Positions 27,401 through 40,604 of a stretch of DNA of 64,000 bases are shown here, one piece after another. Positions within the stretch are counted from its first letter, which is position 1. Each line of letters starts with the position of its first letter. The stretch comes from Takakia lepidozioides (taxonomy: Eukaryota > Plantae > Bryophyta). The translations under genes and the position numbers were made by a program. The notes under the pieces are model-generated. The model was not told the origin of the DNA. It searched no databases and saw only the letters and a program-made list of their open reading frames with translations. Location: assembly GCA_030704615.1 (NCBI GenBank), contig CM060731.1:60698001-60762000 (forward strand). The letters are read 5' to 3'.

Positions 27401-29776
27401 TCAAGAATTGCCTGATCCCGTTATTCTGTTCAGAAATTTTTGCTTAGAACAGAACGGAAAAATGGAGAACGGGACGACGCATTAGGTTTTTCCTAAGTCT
27501 TAACCTACAGCAGCTGCCCTATAAGGTTAGAAGCCCTGGCTGCTCTTCTCATTGGGAAGAGGAGCAGGCAAGAGCTGAAGGAGCAGTCACCTTACCGCTG
27601 AACTATGGCTACAAGCAAGGTACTCATTCAGGCTCATTAAGCACGTTAGTATGGCAACACAAAGAGAGTGGATACTATGAGGAACTTACATGGACTTGAC
27701 TAGCTCTACAAATCCCTTCCACCAATTTCTGCCTCTGTATTGGGCAGGATAGGAATGGTGGGGTGCAGGCTTCTAAGTATGCCTGTGGACAAGTTTTTGT
27801 CATACTGATTCATAGTGTACTAATGACCAGGCCTGCAACAACTACAAATTGTTCAATGGAAAGGCAGCTGAAGCTGATATGAAGGCACTAGAGGATGCAG
27901 TGAGGGGGCCTGTTGAGAACGAACTTGTCAACCACAACCTTGTCGTTTTTCGCACTGGTGAAGGTGCCTTGCAGGTACCATCATCTGATGATTGATAGAA
28001 TCCAATTATGATCTGTTGCCCAGATTCAAGACGTGTGACATAGAAACAGGGTGAACATATTGAAGTGTCATCAAGTTATATACACAACTGTCAATGTTGC
28101 TCCTAGTAGTCAATTGCTCCGCACTGATTGAAGTACAAACTAGCACACTCAATGGACTTGATAGCTTCTACTGGAACTTTAAGGCACAAAAAGGACATCA
28201 TGTGTGTGTATGTGGGCTGGTTCAGGCACTGCCCAACCTGGTTGACATTCTACCAGAAGCTCGGTTGAATCTGGTTATCTACTACTTGCGCCACAATGGT
28301 GAGTGACAGAGCCTTAAGAATGCTAGACAGCCAGCCTCTTTTGGGCCTTCGTTGATCATTTTCCTTAGCAATAAACATGCTACTATCCTCTTGGGCAGAA
28401 TCCAATATCCTGAAAGGAAAAACTAATCTAGGGTCTTTCCCATGGTACATGCCGAAGTTGTAAACCACAGATAGAACAGAGGTGCAGGAGGCACATGAGA
28501 TGGTGAAGGCACTGGAGCCCACAACACCTCAAGAATACATAGTGAAGGCTGTGACCTGTGCAAGTATGGGCCAAGAATTAGAAAATGCAGAGTTGCTGAA
28601 GCAAGCCCAACACTACTTCCAATTAGTGGGAGGATCGGCCAGTGAATGTGATACCATCCCCGGGCGCCAGTGCATGGCTTCTTGCTTCTACTTGCTCAAA
28701 CAGTTCGATGATGCCCTTATCTACCTCAAAGTTAGACTTCACTTATCTTCATGGACATGTTAAGACTGCACTTTACTAGTAGTTCGATAAGCTGTTTGAT
28801 GAGCTGTTGTTCAGAGTATAGCATACTCTAGGTCCTCTGTTTGTTTTCTTTGTGCCACGTCCATCTGGAAGGAGGGTACACTGGAATTTTAACTACATGA
28901 CTTCATTACGCATGCAGTCTATCAAACCATACTCAGAAACCCAGGACGAGTTTAACTGGAACTACGGCATTGCAAAAGCTGCCACGGGGGCATTCCAAGA
29001 AGCAGAAGAGGCTTTGCTGCTGGTGTGCAATGAGAGATTCCGGAATGATTATTATTACCAAGCATGGCTCTCACACTGCTTCATCATGACCGGCAAAGCT
29101 GGCCTAGCTTGGGAGCAGCACTTGCACATGGAGGCAACTGAGGAATCTTTCAGGTGCGTTCCCACCAGTGACACACAACACCTGACAGTATTGCAAGCCA
29201 TTCTGCTTGAGGATCTTGCACTCAGGCTTGGCTAGACATCAGTGTGTTATGCATGCTGGCCACACTTGGCTTGGTAGGTTGTTTATTGTCTTCCATCTGT
29301 AAAATCTCTGGCAACATTACAAGTACAATTGTTGACTTGATCCTGCGAGAAGTATGATGCAAGTGTACAACCTGGGTGCAGCCTGTTGCTGCTGATTGCC
29401 AATGAGTGCTATAAAACAGGTCAGTATATGTACGCTGCTAAGGCTTTTGATGGGCTTGAGAAAATGGATGACTCACCCGAGTATTGGGAAGGCAAGAGAG
29501 GTGCTTGCATTGGTGTGTTTCAGAAGGTGATTTCCGGCAAAGAACCAAAACAAAGCCTTATGGACGTATTGGGGCTGCTCCAAAACTCAAACAATTCTCA
29601 GGTGAGTGCACCTCTTCGTTGTCTGTGCACTAGCTTTCTGTTTCGGAATACTTGTGCGAATGCTGCAGTATTGCAAGTGTACAAATGATTGACGGTGTTG
29701 TGTGCGGAAGGTGGATTACATTGCAAGGATCATCAAGAAGTGGGCCAAGGAGAATGGGCTCTTATCCTTGTCCTAA
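24468..29776 (+). CDS. IFT56: Intraflagellar transport protein 56 (TTC26/DYF-13), TPR protein
   Basis: Exons 24468-24629, 25161-25356, 25638-25833, 26314-26407, 26985-27020, 27831-27974, 28226-28298, 28480-28730, 28918-29153, 29382-29601, 29711-29776. Motifs [102 protein letters not shown]. Confidence 0.95.
27021..27365 (+). mobile_element. (CT)n microsatellite at the splice donor followed by two LINE family A 3' fragments (IFT56 intron 5)
   Basis: GT(CT)~13 directly after exon 5, then CTCAAACTGGGTGCGGGGTCAGTGGCCACAAGGCTAC, and a longer copy matching 10361-10611 that ends CTTATGAGTACATTCT. Confidence 0.85.
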
Positions 29777-31503
29777 AGCTTCCATGCCTGAGAAGTGTGC
29801 AATGGCAACATCACATGTCATCAACTTCAGAAAGGGTCTTGAAAACACTGTTCGAATTTCTTCGAGTATTTCAAAGATGAGATCGACGAAAGCAAATTTT
29901 CCTACACAAGATATGCACTGTTTGTGAAGTGAATTAATAGTCATTAACTTTATGATCTTTTGCTGTGACAATCATTCAAATATATGGAACATGCTCCAAT
30001 CCACTGTTTAGTGTGATTCATAACAACTGCAGCGACTCGATTTGGAAATTTGAAAGAACTTACTACTCTCCAAACAAATGTTAAATACAGAATGGACCTC
30101 GCATAAAATGTTGTTAATTTTTTGTATGGTTTTTAGGATGCCAGCTTGTGCAGTGGAGAAGGCTTTCCCCGGCTCGTCTTTGGCTAAACTCAAACAAAGG
30201 TTTAGCCATGCAGGTGGGATGGCTAAAATAGAGCCCAAGGCCAGATGAAAGGCTTATTGGCCAGCCAGAAGCCCACTTGAAAGTGCTGGTTATAAATTTT
30301 GGCAGTGCCCGGTTGGGTCCAGGCTTCCCTGGAATTCACCCTAACTAGTAGCTGATTTACACAACCAAGGGATGGACTAGCTGCTGTGGAACCTCTTTCC
30401 ATCCTCTAAGTGCTCAAATTGGCACATTTGGGCAAGATTTGAGGGCACAGTAAGAGTAGGGTCATGGATTGAATTCGAGAAAAAACAGTGTATTATTACT
30501 CCCATTACATTGTATGTACTGGCATACGACAAGAAGCCAGATTTGTATGCCGGTCCCGCAATGGTTTCTTGATTCTCTCTGCATATGCTCTTTCTGGAAG
30601 AAAATTTTATGTTCATTTGCCGGACTCTGCGATCAGTGGAGACCTCGTTATGTTGGAGGACAAGTACACCATGGCCAGGGTGAACTTTGTCGAAATCTCA
30701 GGACTGAGAGCAAAATGTTATATATGCATGTCTCACAAAACATCAGGTCTCGAAAGACTAATCAAACTAATTGCTAGAAGACTTTTGTGAACAGAGACAA
30801 TGTTAAACCGTTCCATCATAATAATAATGTACAAGGTTTGAGGGGCAAGCCACCTGAGTTGAACCCACCGGCTTTGTGCCAAGCCTGCCAGCCAATCCGG
30901 CACAGAGAGCACAGCACCTTACACGACACTTCCCACTTAGACTGAACAGCAACCACACCATGGAGGTGTCAACCCACAAATGCCAATCAAGTGTTCGAAA
31001 GCAGCTCACCACTTCAATTCTGCTAGTGCTTCACCAAGTGAAGGCTTTCCTCTCTATATTCACAACTACACTGCAAAATCTCAGGATCTCTACAAGGCTT
31101 GAAACAACAGACTGGGTGTGTGCCTTCGGTATGCTACTTCAGATCAGGTCTTCACAGATGTACTACGGCAAGTCTGTTTGGACCAAGCCACAATAATATC
31201 CTTACCTCCAAGTTACAGGTTTGGTACCCCTTCCAGTCCATCTTCGTGGACCTCAAGAAGAAAGTCTTGTCCATCTAGACCTATGCTTCATGCACTGGTC
31301 CTCAGGCAAGTAAATTAATTCAGCAGGCGCAGCTACAGTAACAGTCTGAATCCTCTGAACTATGTACCACCAAACACCCAATTAGTATGGTCACACTACC
31401 TCCGATCATACAAGGGACCAAAGGGTAAGGGACTCCCATCTACAAGCTGCGCCAGGGACTTTCCCTTAGATTCCGTCAACAGCATTGAAGAATCTCACTA
31501 ATG

Positions 31504-32208
31504 CTAAAAGAGGAGGAGACAAACAATCACAAAGGAGCCAAGGAGAAGTAGCAGTCGTGAAAGGAGAGCCTCCTGCTGCTGGTCTGGAGTAACTGGTTGG
31601 GCCGCATGCATGTGCCCACCGGGTATGCCACCCCCAGTTCCTAAATGAATACTCGGACCTCCACTTAACCCACTGGGCTCCGGAAATCCATGCAGCTGGA
31701 AGCCAAAGAGAGATGGAAAAAGACCAAATCCAGCTGACAGGGTGATATTGCCAAAGCGGGCAGTGGCAGCAGGACCAGTGGGTCCAGCCATGAAGTTGAA
31801 CCCAGGGTGCTGGTAGTGATGCTCTGCCTGGCGTGCTGTCTCCGGGCGTTGCCCAGCTGGCCGGTGAGGAATATTAAGACCCGGCACAGCTTTCGTTCGG
31901 GGATCCACACACCCCACCTTTCCCCGACCATACAATGGAATCACCTTCTCCTCCTCCACACTCGCCTTGCACACTGGACATTCTTGGCAGATGCTGTGCA
32001 TCTGAAGCCAGCGGTAAAGACAGGGCCAGCAGAACAGATGTCCACATAGGGTCACAACCGGATCCTGTGCCAGTTCCAAACATATGTTGCAATCAAAGCT
32101 GCCGCCCTGATCACTGCTGCCCGCAGCGGCAGCATCCTCTCCGCCAACTGGACTGGCCGCAGGAGCATCATGCACTTGCGAGCTGGCACCTGCTTCAGCA
32201 TGCCTCAT
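31504..32208 (-). CDS. RMA1: RMA1/RNF5/RNF185-type ER membrane-anchored RING-HC E3 ubiquitin ligase (single coding exon)
   Basis: FDCNICLELAQDPVVTLCGHLFCWPCLYRWL…CPVCKA…VIPLYGRG, IPHRPAGQRPE, SAGFGLFPSLF and a C-terminal hydrophobic anchor LSRLLLLLGSFVIVCLLLF*. The first in-frame ATG is at 32208 (the ORF track starts at a TTG). Confidence 0.92.
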   Translation of the reverse strand: MRHAEAGASSQVHDAPAASPVGGEDAAAAGSSDQGGSFDCNICLELAQDPVVTLCGHLFCWPCLYRWLQMHSICQECPVCKASVEEEKVIPLYGRGKVGCVDPRTKAVPGLNIPHRPAGQRPETARQAEHHYQHPGFNFMAGPTGPAATARFGNITLSAGFGLFPSLFGFQLHGFPEPSGLSGGPSIHLGTGGGIPGGHMHAAQPVTPDQQQEALLSRLLLLLGSFVIVCLLLF

Positions 32209-34909
32209 TCCGCTCTCCTCATGCAACCCCTCTGATCCAATTTTCTCCACCCTCTTTTCTCTGTTCCGTACTTCCAGCGCGCCTGCTCCGTCACACAACC
32301 TTGCTTTTCATGATTCCCCCTGATCGCCAGGCCGATAAAATGCCAAAGCACTGTTTCGTGAATCTAAGCTTCTTCGACAATTGCTGTGCAATCTTGCGAC
32401 GAATGCCGGATCGGGTGTAGCCTCACCAGGTCAAAAACCCCAATAAAAGTAGATCCACCCAATGCAAAAGGTCACATACCCACACACACAGGCCTGTCAG
32501 CTTCGCAACTATGCAGTAAGAAGGTGCTGTCGAATTGAGACACGCCTGCTGCAGTACTCCAAGGGCCCCATGCTCTGCCAATTAATCAAAAGCGAAGAAC
32601 CCTACAGAAACCAATCGTCGTCACATCTCCTTGCATTGGTTCCCCTCATGGCCACAAACCCACCAGCATCCTCATCAACCATTGCCTCGCCGCTGCACTG
32701 AGTGCCCAAAACACTATAAACTCCTCGTAAAGAAGCAGTCAGGACAACGAATGCCAGGCCACAGCTTTGCCTCTCGACCCTAAGCCTCGCACCTGCAACT
32801 GCAAAGTGTGACCAATCAATTGTGCACCTTCTGGACAAAAAAGGTCAGATGCACGGAGGTCAGCATACAGCTTGTGGATCGGCGACCAAAAACACTCCTG
32901 AATGACCGCAGGTGATCAAAACCCTCTGCACCCCAAGGAATGCAATCTGTGTGTAACAAAAATCACAGCTTGAGGAGTGGCCACAAACCACCTACTTTCT
33001 GCGAGAGTACGATTGTGCCCAAACGAATGCCGACACTCTGTCAGGAAAACGATCAAAACACCTCCTTCGAGCCAGAAACTGATCAAAACATTTGGAGCCC
33101 TCCACAAGTGCAACCACCAAGGTTATGAAAGCAGGCAAAGCAAGAGAAGAAACAAACGGCCAAGCTCCACCTTGCCGCTTGGCATCAACACACCCGCACA
33201 TGTACCCCAAGCTCCATACATACTGTAGGTTTTCACACGCCCAGGATGGCAGAGAGGAACGCGACGCTTCCAGCACTGACCCGCCCCACATCGCCTGCTT
33301 CCCCTCCTCCCGCCCCCATTGGCTGCCCTGCCTGCCAACCCCACCGTCTGATCTGGTACAGCTCTGATTTGCTAGTTATCTTGTGCCACGTCACTTTAAG
33401 ATAAATCCAATAATGAATTCCACGCCACAAAATCAGGTGCGACCATTATGAGGACCAGACGCCCACATGTCATCCACCCCCAATTTCGAAAGACTGCTTT
33501 TTGCGCTTTTTCTAAAATTGGTTTTATTTTGTTTTTGTGTTTTTGTTCGTACCCAGAGAGGGAACAGATTCGAACCGTAGAGGCCCCTGTCCTCTAAAAA
33601 AACATTTTAAGAATTTAAAAAAAAACATGAGGAACCCTGGTCAAAACTTTAACCCTTAAGTGCAGCATTGTCCAAAGGAAAAACCTGACCCTAACCCACC
33701 AAAACTTTTTTATCTGGAGAATTTCTGTGTCCCTATAAAACTGGAAGTGCTTCCTACCTAACCCCACCTACTGTGAAGGCCCATACTTTCCTAGGCTAGA
33801 AATCTCCTTTTTCATCCAAAACGGCGATACACATCCATCGTATATTTTTTTGGCTAAAAGTGCCGTTAAACCGTTACAATGATATCTCGGTTAGGGTTAG
33901 TTTAGGATTGCGGCCACATCCTGGCCCTTCATCAGATCTAGGGTGTTAAAAAGGCGTCGTGGGCTTTGGCTTGTCACGCCCCGCCACACAGCAAGCAGCT
34001 GAAGCTAGCGCTTTTGGTATAAGGTAGAAACACCTAAAATGGAGTTGTACCCACAACGGACCCCTAGAAAAATACATAAAACTAACCATATGCCATCTTT
34101 AAAAGGTGCTTTGATCACAAGTGGTCCAAATTAGGTCATGTGGTGGGCCACAATGGAACTCCAATGAACCCTTTTAACTCATACATGATCATGATGACAC
34201 CACTTAATGGACAAGTTAATAACCATCGGTGCGCACTTTGAGAGCAGTATCACTCATGAAGAATGAATCCTAACATGTAGGAGAGGGGATCACATTCCGT
34301 GATCAACGATCCCGATTGAGTTTCACCTAGATCAACGATCCAGGATTGAGTTTAATCCAAATGGACCTTGAGCTCAGTTTTCTTTAAGGTGGGTTGACTG
34401 ACATGGTCCATGTTACTATGTTGTTTAATCAGTAAAGTGAAAGAGGATGCACACTTTTTGGGCTCATTTGGCTTCATCTAGACAAAGTGCTCTTGTTGTT
34501 CAAAATAGTACCCCCTATTGGTCCATTGGGGGTTGCTATTCCATGAGTTCATGAGCGGGCATGGCTCACCCATGAGCCGCCAAGTAACACACTTCGAATT
34601 TCGGCAAATTTTTTTCGGGCCCAAAACGATAAAATAATCGAAAGTAGTATAAGAAAAGAAGGTTTTCGAAGATTTCCACGCTCGTGCTGGAAGCACTCAG
34701 CTCATAAGTACCAGTATCCGCTCATGACTTGGAGCCCAAGCTCATGGACCGCCAACCCAGGTCATAGAAAAACTGAATTCTGGCCAATAACGGCACCGAA
34801 ATTACCCCAAAGGAAGGGACGCAAGCGGAATTAGGATCCGGGTTTGCAGACTCCGAAAACGCAATGGCGACCTATAACCGTGGATAATACTGCTGCAGAA
34901 GTGCAGGAT

Positions 34910-35250
34910 GGTTGGGTATAACGGCGCCGTAATTGGGCACAAGAAAAGAAATAGCCGGCTGAAGGCTCAGGAGTGAAGCCAATAACGGTACCGAAATTGG
35001 GCTCCACCAACCAAATACCCGGCTGAAGCCTCCGGAGTGTAGCCAATAACGGCGCCGAAATTGGGGTCCCGAAACCAAATACTCGGCTGAAGCCACCGGA
35101 GTGCAGCCAATAACGGCGCCGAAATTGGGATCCGGAAACCAAATAGCCGGCTGAAGGCTCGGGAGTGCAACCAATAACGGCGCCGAAATTGGGCTTCGGA
35201 GAGCAAATACTTACGGTGAGGGAGTTTTGCCAATAACGGCGCCGAAATTG
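34910..35250. repeat. 64-bp subterminal tandem repeat carrying AATAACGGCGCCGAAATT
   Basis: Motif cores at 34922, 34986, 35050, 35114, 35178 and 35237. Confidence 0.9.
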
Positions 35251-35451
35251 AGGATAGGGCCGACAAGTGCCAGATTCAAACTGTCCTAAAAGTGGTGCGG
35301 ATTTGTCTAATAAAAGCACACATGTGGGAGGAAATTCAAGTTCTGCCGCGTACGACATTGGCAGTGCAGCAATGATATATCCCTCTTCCGCCGGCCTCGC
35401 TCTCATTTTGTTCTTCACTCTTCTCTTCTGCAACCATCTCTTCCCTGCTCT

Positions 35452-36022
35452 GTGTTCTTGCTGTGTCGTGAAGCCATGTCGTGCCCGAATCACATCTATC
35501 AACGCCAGACGAGACTCATTGTCTCGAAAGCAGACGACATCATTGTCTTCCTAGATGTTTACAAGGACGATCCTCGACTTGTCCAGCTGAGAGCAATGGA
35601 GTTTCTTCCAGGATTGCACGATTCTCTTGGACCCCGGCTGCAAGTGATTCTTGCGGATCATGGACCTGGACTTTCCGCTTGAGTAGGAGCCGAACAGATC
35701 ACGCACAGCGTTGCTGTATCGCTGGAACTGTTGCGAGTGGACGTATGATGAGTGCATAGGTGAAAACTTCACGCGTGGACGGACTGGCTCAGAAAGTGGG
35801 GACATTCTCTTCAGTTATGAAGATGAGGAGGAGGGGAACACAGGGCCCACTGTGAAAATGTTTTTCTACAAAGGAGACGCTATCAATAAACACGACATCC
35901 TCGTTAGTTTCAACCGGGCGACAAAAACCGCTGACATTTTGTTCAAATATCGGCACCCAGTCACTCAGGAGGTCCTTGAGAGGCCAGTTCGAGTTCCTTC
36001 TTCTTGGGCGAGGGGACCATAG
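35452..36022 (+). pseudogene. MULE accessory ORF of unknown function, disrupted
   Basis: Two consecutive protein-like ORFs (35452-35682, 35711-36022) separated by a stop/frameshift; no recognisable domain. Confidence 0.35.
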
Positions 36023-36680
36023 GTCTTGCATGCTAGAGTAGACATGTTTCGACTCGCGGACACTCATGGCACATACATTTTGCTTCAAAAATCAAGTAGC
36101 TTCCTTGTGCCATATGGGGAATATACATGCTTGGATAATCTTCTGTTAAGGTTTTTTGTAATTAACTACCAGTATGCTGGGACGTGTCCTTTGTTGTGTG
36201 GATTGTTGTGTGCACAAGGTGCAGTATGCAAATGTTGGAATGTGCAGTAGGACCCTTCCCACTGGGACACAGAACTTACAATCTTGTAAAGGCATCACAT
36301 TTGCATAACAGTGTCAATGTATTGGTAGCAAATCGGAGTCTTCTCATAAAGATGGACGAAAACGCCAGGATGGGCTGTGAAATTACCACAAAATGAATGA
36401 AGAGCAGTAACAAGGAAGCACTATGCAATATACACACCAATAACGGCGCTGAAATAGGCTACAATGCCCATGTATATCCACACAATGTATGCTTTCCTCG
36501 GATCCATTAATAGACATAACCAAAATATAAAAAAACACGCCCATGCCATTCACGGTCAAAAGCCACATTTTCATGTATTGCGGCACCGAAATGCACTTGA
36601 AGCCATGGCGGTGGGGCACCACCAAGTGTATAATTCTTCACAAAAAAATAGGGTGCAAGGAGATGAATGTAATATAATTG

Positions 36681-39600
36681 TCACTTTCTCCTTCCCGAAT
36701 GTGGAATGTCAAGCAGTCTGACTTGTATCCTGCCGTAGGCCTTGTGCAGCTCGTTGAAGCTCAGTGTTGGAGCATGGATGAAGACGTCCACTGCGGATAT
36801 ACAACTCATGCACTTCAGAAAAATGTAATAAAGGTGTTTGCAGGGGACGTATGCTGCATTCTTCGATTCCATAACAAGGAAGTCATCACAGTTGCAGGTT
36901 GGGTACTGAGAAACCGTGATTGCATACACGACACTACACGCAGCAGACCCGCCTATTGACAACTGAAAAATGTGCCCCATCCCGGGGTGAGGAACATCCC
37001 TGCAACCTTGCACTATGCAGGGCATTGCAAGAGCGTTGGTCATCCTGGTGTCGTTCGCCTTTGTTGGTGGCCGCCGTCTTTTTAGTTTCCCCCACCGATG
37101 GGTGGGCCAAGCTGCAGGGTCACCCACCGGTATACGGGGTGAAGAGCTTCTCGTGGGAGGAGGATGACGACTGGGAATTGGATTTCGTGGAACGTCTGTC
37201 TTCTCCACCAGTCGAAACCCTGCACATCCTAGAGCGTCTGCCTCCTCCAGGGTAAGATTTGTTCCAGTTGCCACAAGCCAGACTACTGGTGGTTCAGGCA
37301 TGCCTTGTACACCATACTTGGGCTTGCCGAACACACACAACATGATGTCGTGCCTACAGAACCAGAACTCCTTTAGTGTGGCCTCCACAAACTTTGCGCA
37401 CACAAATCTCCCTGTGAAGCAAGGGGCAGGCACAACGCCCTGCGGGCTCCTCCAAATCATCTCATTGCATCTCTGGTTGGTGTCGACACGAACAGCACAA
37501 CATTTGTCACGAAATGACGGACGGGTCCGTGCAATTCTCCACTGCGAGGCCGACACATCTCGCTCCACGATTGGGATGTTGTACTGGGTAACGATAATAG
37601 AAGCAAATTGCTCATCCTCGGGATGTTGTCCCGAGTCTAGCAGCGATTCCATGGATGCTGCAGGAGAGGGGGTACGAGTCCTGCTGGGAGGAGGCGTGGG
37701 ACGCAACATCGTTGCACCCCGAGATTGAGTGCGGATGTTCATATCTGATCTCCATGAATCGTTGTCGCCTCCGGGCATGTCCTCAATTCTTCTCTTCACC
37801 GGCCGGCTGTGGACATCGCCCTCCAGGTAGTTCCCCCGACTGTGTAACGGCGTTGACCTTATTGTTTCCCGCAATGCAGCAGTCCATTTTTTGGGATCGC
37901 TCGAACGATGCGCCGCCCTCATCAACATCTCCTGCCTGTCTAGTCCGATACCCCATTGCTTTCCTACCAGAAACTGGTAACCAGATTGTTGCATGATGGC
38001 CCTCACAATATCTTCTATTGTTGCTGTCAACATGTCAACGAGATGTGCCGTAGAGGAAGCACGCCAGGAAGAGTGCACCGATTCGGCCATGTTCGTTGTC
38101 AGCATATCCGTGTCATCCTCCAAGCTCATGTCCTGTTGAAGGAAATTAGAAATGTCACTCATTGTGGATAATGTCCAAACATAAAACAGAACAATTGTCA
38201 AGTACAAAAATGTGTTACCTGTCTCATGTAGTCTCCAAACTGGCGGAATCTATAGTGCCACCACGCAAGCCACGTTTGCAGTTCTAGCTGATCTTTCACA
38301 TCCACTGCCCCTGAAGACACCCACCAGGCGCGTATGGTTGGAAACTCGGTCTCCGCCTCGTCGATGGAATTCGCATTTTTCCACGCAAGGCACATACTGA
38401 TATGATCATGCCGGTGGCGTGACGCCACGAACCTTTTCGTGTTTTGCGTCAAACTCTGCATGAAGCGAAACCCGCAAGATCTCTTCTTACCTTCCATTGG
38501 AGTCTTTGGGTCGTCCCCATATACCCTTCTCACTGCAGCCCAGTTCGCCTGGGCATTGTCAGCCATGAAGCCCCTAAAATCAGGAGGGGGCAACTTTGCT
38601 CTCGCCATTTGCTCATTAATTTCGCGCCACATATGCAACTCTGAATCTGTGTCTTCTCCTTTCATTTCGCAGATAGCAATGGTCATGAACTTTCTGTAAT
38701 GTAGGTCGTATACATGTGCCCCCATTGTCACCCAATCGTGGTTGGTAATTCGCCTGATGTGGTCGAACATGACCCATCAATTTGAGAGGTCTCCACTGGT
38801 CATCCGCTTCACCAAATCGACACCGCTCCCCGGTCCACACGTTGACATCTTAAATATGAAGCACATGTCCGTCTTTGAGTCTTGACCAGGAAGCTGCCCT
38901 GGATGAAGTCGTAGCCGCATGTGTGCTTCACTTCCAAGATGGAGTGCATATCTGATCCTCTTCCGATTCGTTTCTTGCAACCGACAATGTGGTTCCTGAC
39001 ATTGGGGCTGTACATATATGAGACAGCTTGCAGCAGCTCCTTCATGTCCCCTCGCCCAGCTTCTCTCTTGTGCTTCCGTCCTCCGACATTATTCTTCCTA
39101 TTGCAATTCTATGTGTGGATGCGAGCTGTATTTGCTTTGGTTTTGCTCCCGGCCTCAATATCACCTCCTCCTTGATAATATCGTGGGCTTGTTGAAAAGC
39201 GACTCTGCAATTGCCTCTGGCGACGGGGTGGTCATGCTTTCCGATGTGAATGCATGCTCTGGTGCACGTTGGGCCGACGGTCCCGACGTAGTACTGCTTG
39301 GCGTTGCACACTGCCATGCACGTAGGGGCTACGTTGCAATGGGCACACTTGAAAGTCCCTGCATGAACTCTACCTTGAGGCCAGAATGGGGTCGACGAAT
39401 TGTCAATCCAGTCTGTCTCATTCTGGGTGCCTTTGCTCGTGTAGTGGTAACATGTGCTCGAGAAACATTTAAGATGTCCAGCACACAATACATATCTGAC
39501 TCGAACTCCATCACCCAAATTGGACGATGAAGTTTTGGTGACACGCCATGGGTGGCCGTCATGTTTCATTTTCATTCCTGCCAGCATGCCGTCTGGGCCT

Positions 39601-40256
39601 GCGTCTGGCGGCACTGGAGGGAACTCGTAGATAGCATTCCCATCCACCACTTCAGGCAAAGTTTCCATATAATGGATTGGAGTTTTGTCGTTATCAAGCC
39701 TAAGAAGGTCACTGGAGCGGGAACCCGCTGTCTTCATCCTCCGCAATATGTCGATTACTGAGCGAGCGGAAGTTGAGTCCGAGGGTGTGTGCTCATTGTC
39801 TGCCGACATCTGCACACTCCTACTGACGGACGACTTCGAAACATACGATGGAAGGACCATACAGTCTTCATCGTCACTGGATAAGTTGTGGACGACTGTT
39901 TCCCTATAAAGTGCACCCACCGACGAGCTATGGAGCGGCAAATCCTCAGTTTCCCTTTTCCCATGTTTGGGCTTCTCTGCTTGTGAAGAGGCGCCCACAT
40001 CCCTCATGGCAGACTTCACATCTTGCACGCCAGACCCTCTTGTGGAAGGAGGACCAACCAAGTTCCAGCGTGGGAACTCTTTAGGCACGATTTCACCAAT
40101 TGCACTGTACCAGATGGATTCAGAAGCTGGGAGCCGCCACTCTTTGCCCTTTCCGAAAGCTGCATGCAGAATGACGGCACTTTCCAAAAAATTCCCATAA
40201 ACATCATTCGTTTCCTCTTCCAGAAACACAATACCCGGGTGGAGCCCGAACTTCAC
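36681..40256 (-). pseudogene. MULE-like transposase: WRKY/GCM1-like DNA-binding domain, DDE core, SWIM zinc finger; frameshifted
   Basis: DGHPWRVTKTS…CAGHLKC…C…CAHC…C…RACIHIGKHDHPV (GCM-like). MFDH (D1), GFMADNAQANW (D2), CGFR (CxxH with H>R), TTNMAESVH (E). PTCNCDDF…CKHLYYIF (SWIM). Intron ~38218-38134; frameshifts between 39045 and 38770; true start uncertain. Confidence 0.85.
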
Positions 40257-40604
40257 ACACTAGTACTGCTCAATGACAATCGTAAATCCTTGGTCGTACG
40301 GTATTTTTGCTTTCAGAGAATTAGTATGGAAGTACACGTTTACCCAAACACGGGAGTCCATGTTGAAGACAACAACTATCGGTAGGCTCCGCAACAAAGT
40401 CCTGCAATGAGAAGAGTGTGTCCTACATAATACCACAATAATTTTCTGGAGGATTCTGTATCCAGCAGGATGGGTGAGTGCACGTATGGATGAAGGTGTG
40501 TAATGTACGTGACAAATACGGACGACCACAGCAAATTCACATCGGAAATTGGGTGTCTGAATTGTGATGTACCACCAGTTGGGCTACAATAAATCAGGCC
40601 TTCT

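Noticed and set aside
33889-33906. Telomere-like GGTTAGGGTTAGTTTAGG
   Set aside because: Only two or three degenerate units, part of the LTR (repeated at ~57718).
34831-35502. 223-aa and overlapping ORFs with repeated peptides
   Set aside because: Translations of the 64-bp tandem repeat.
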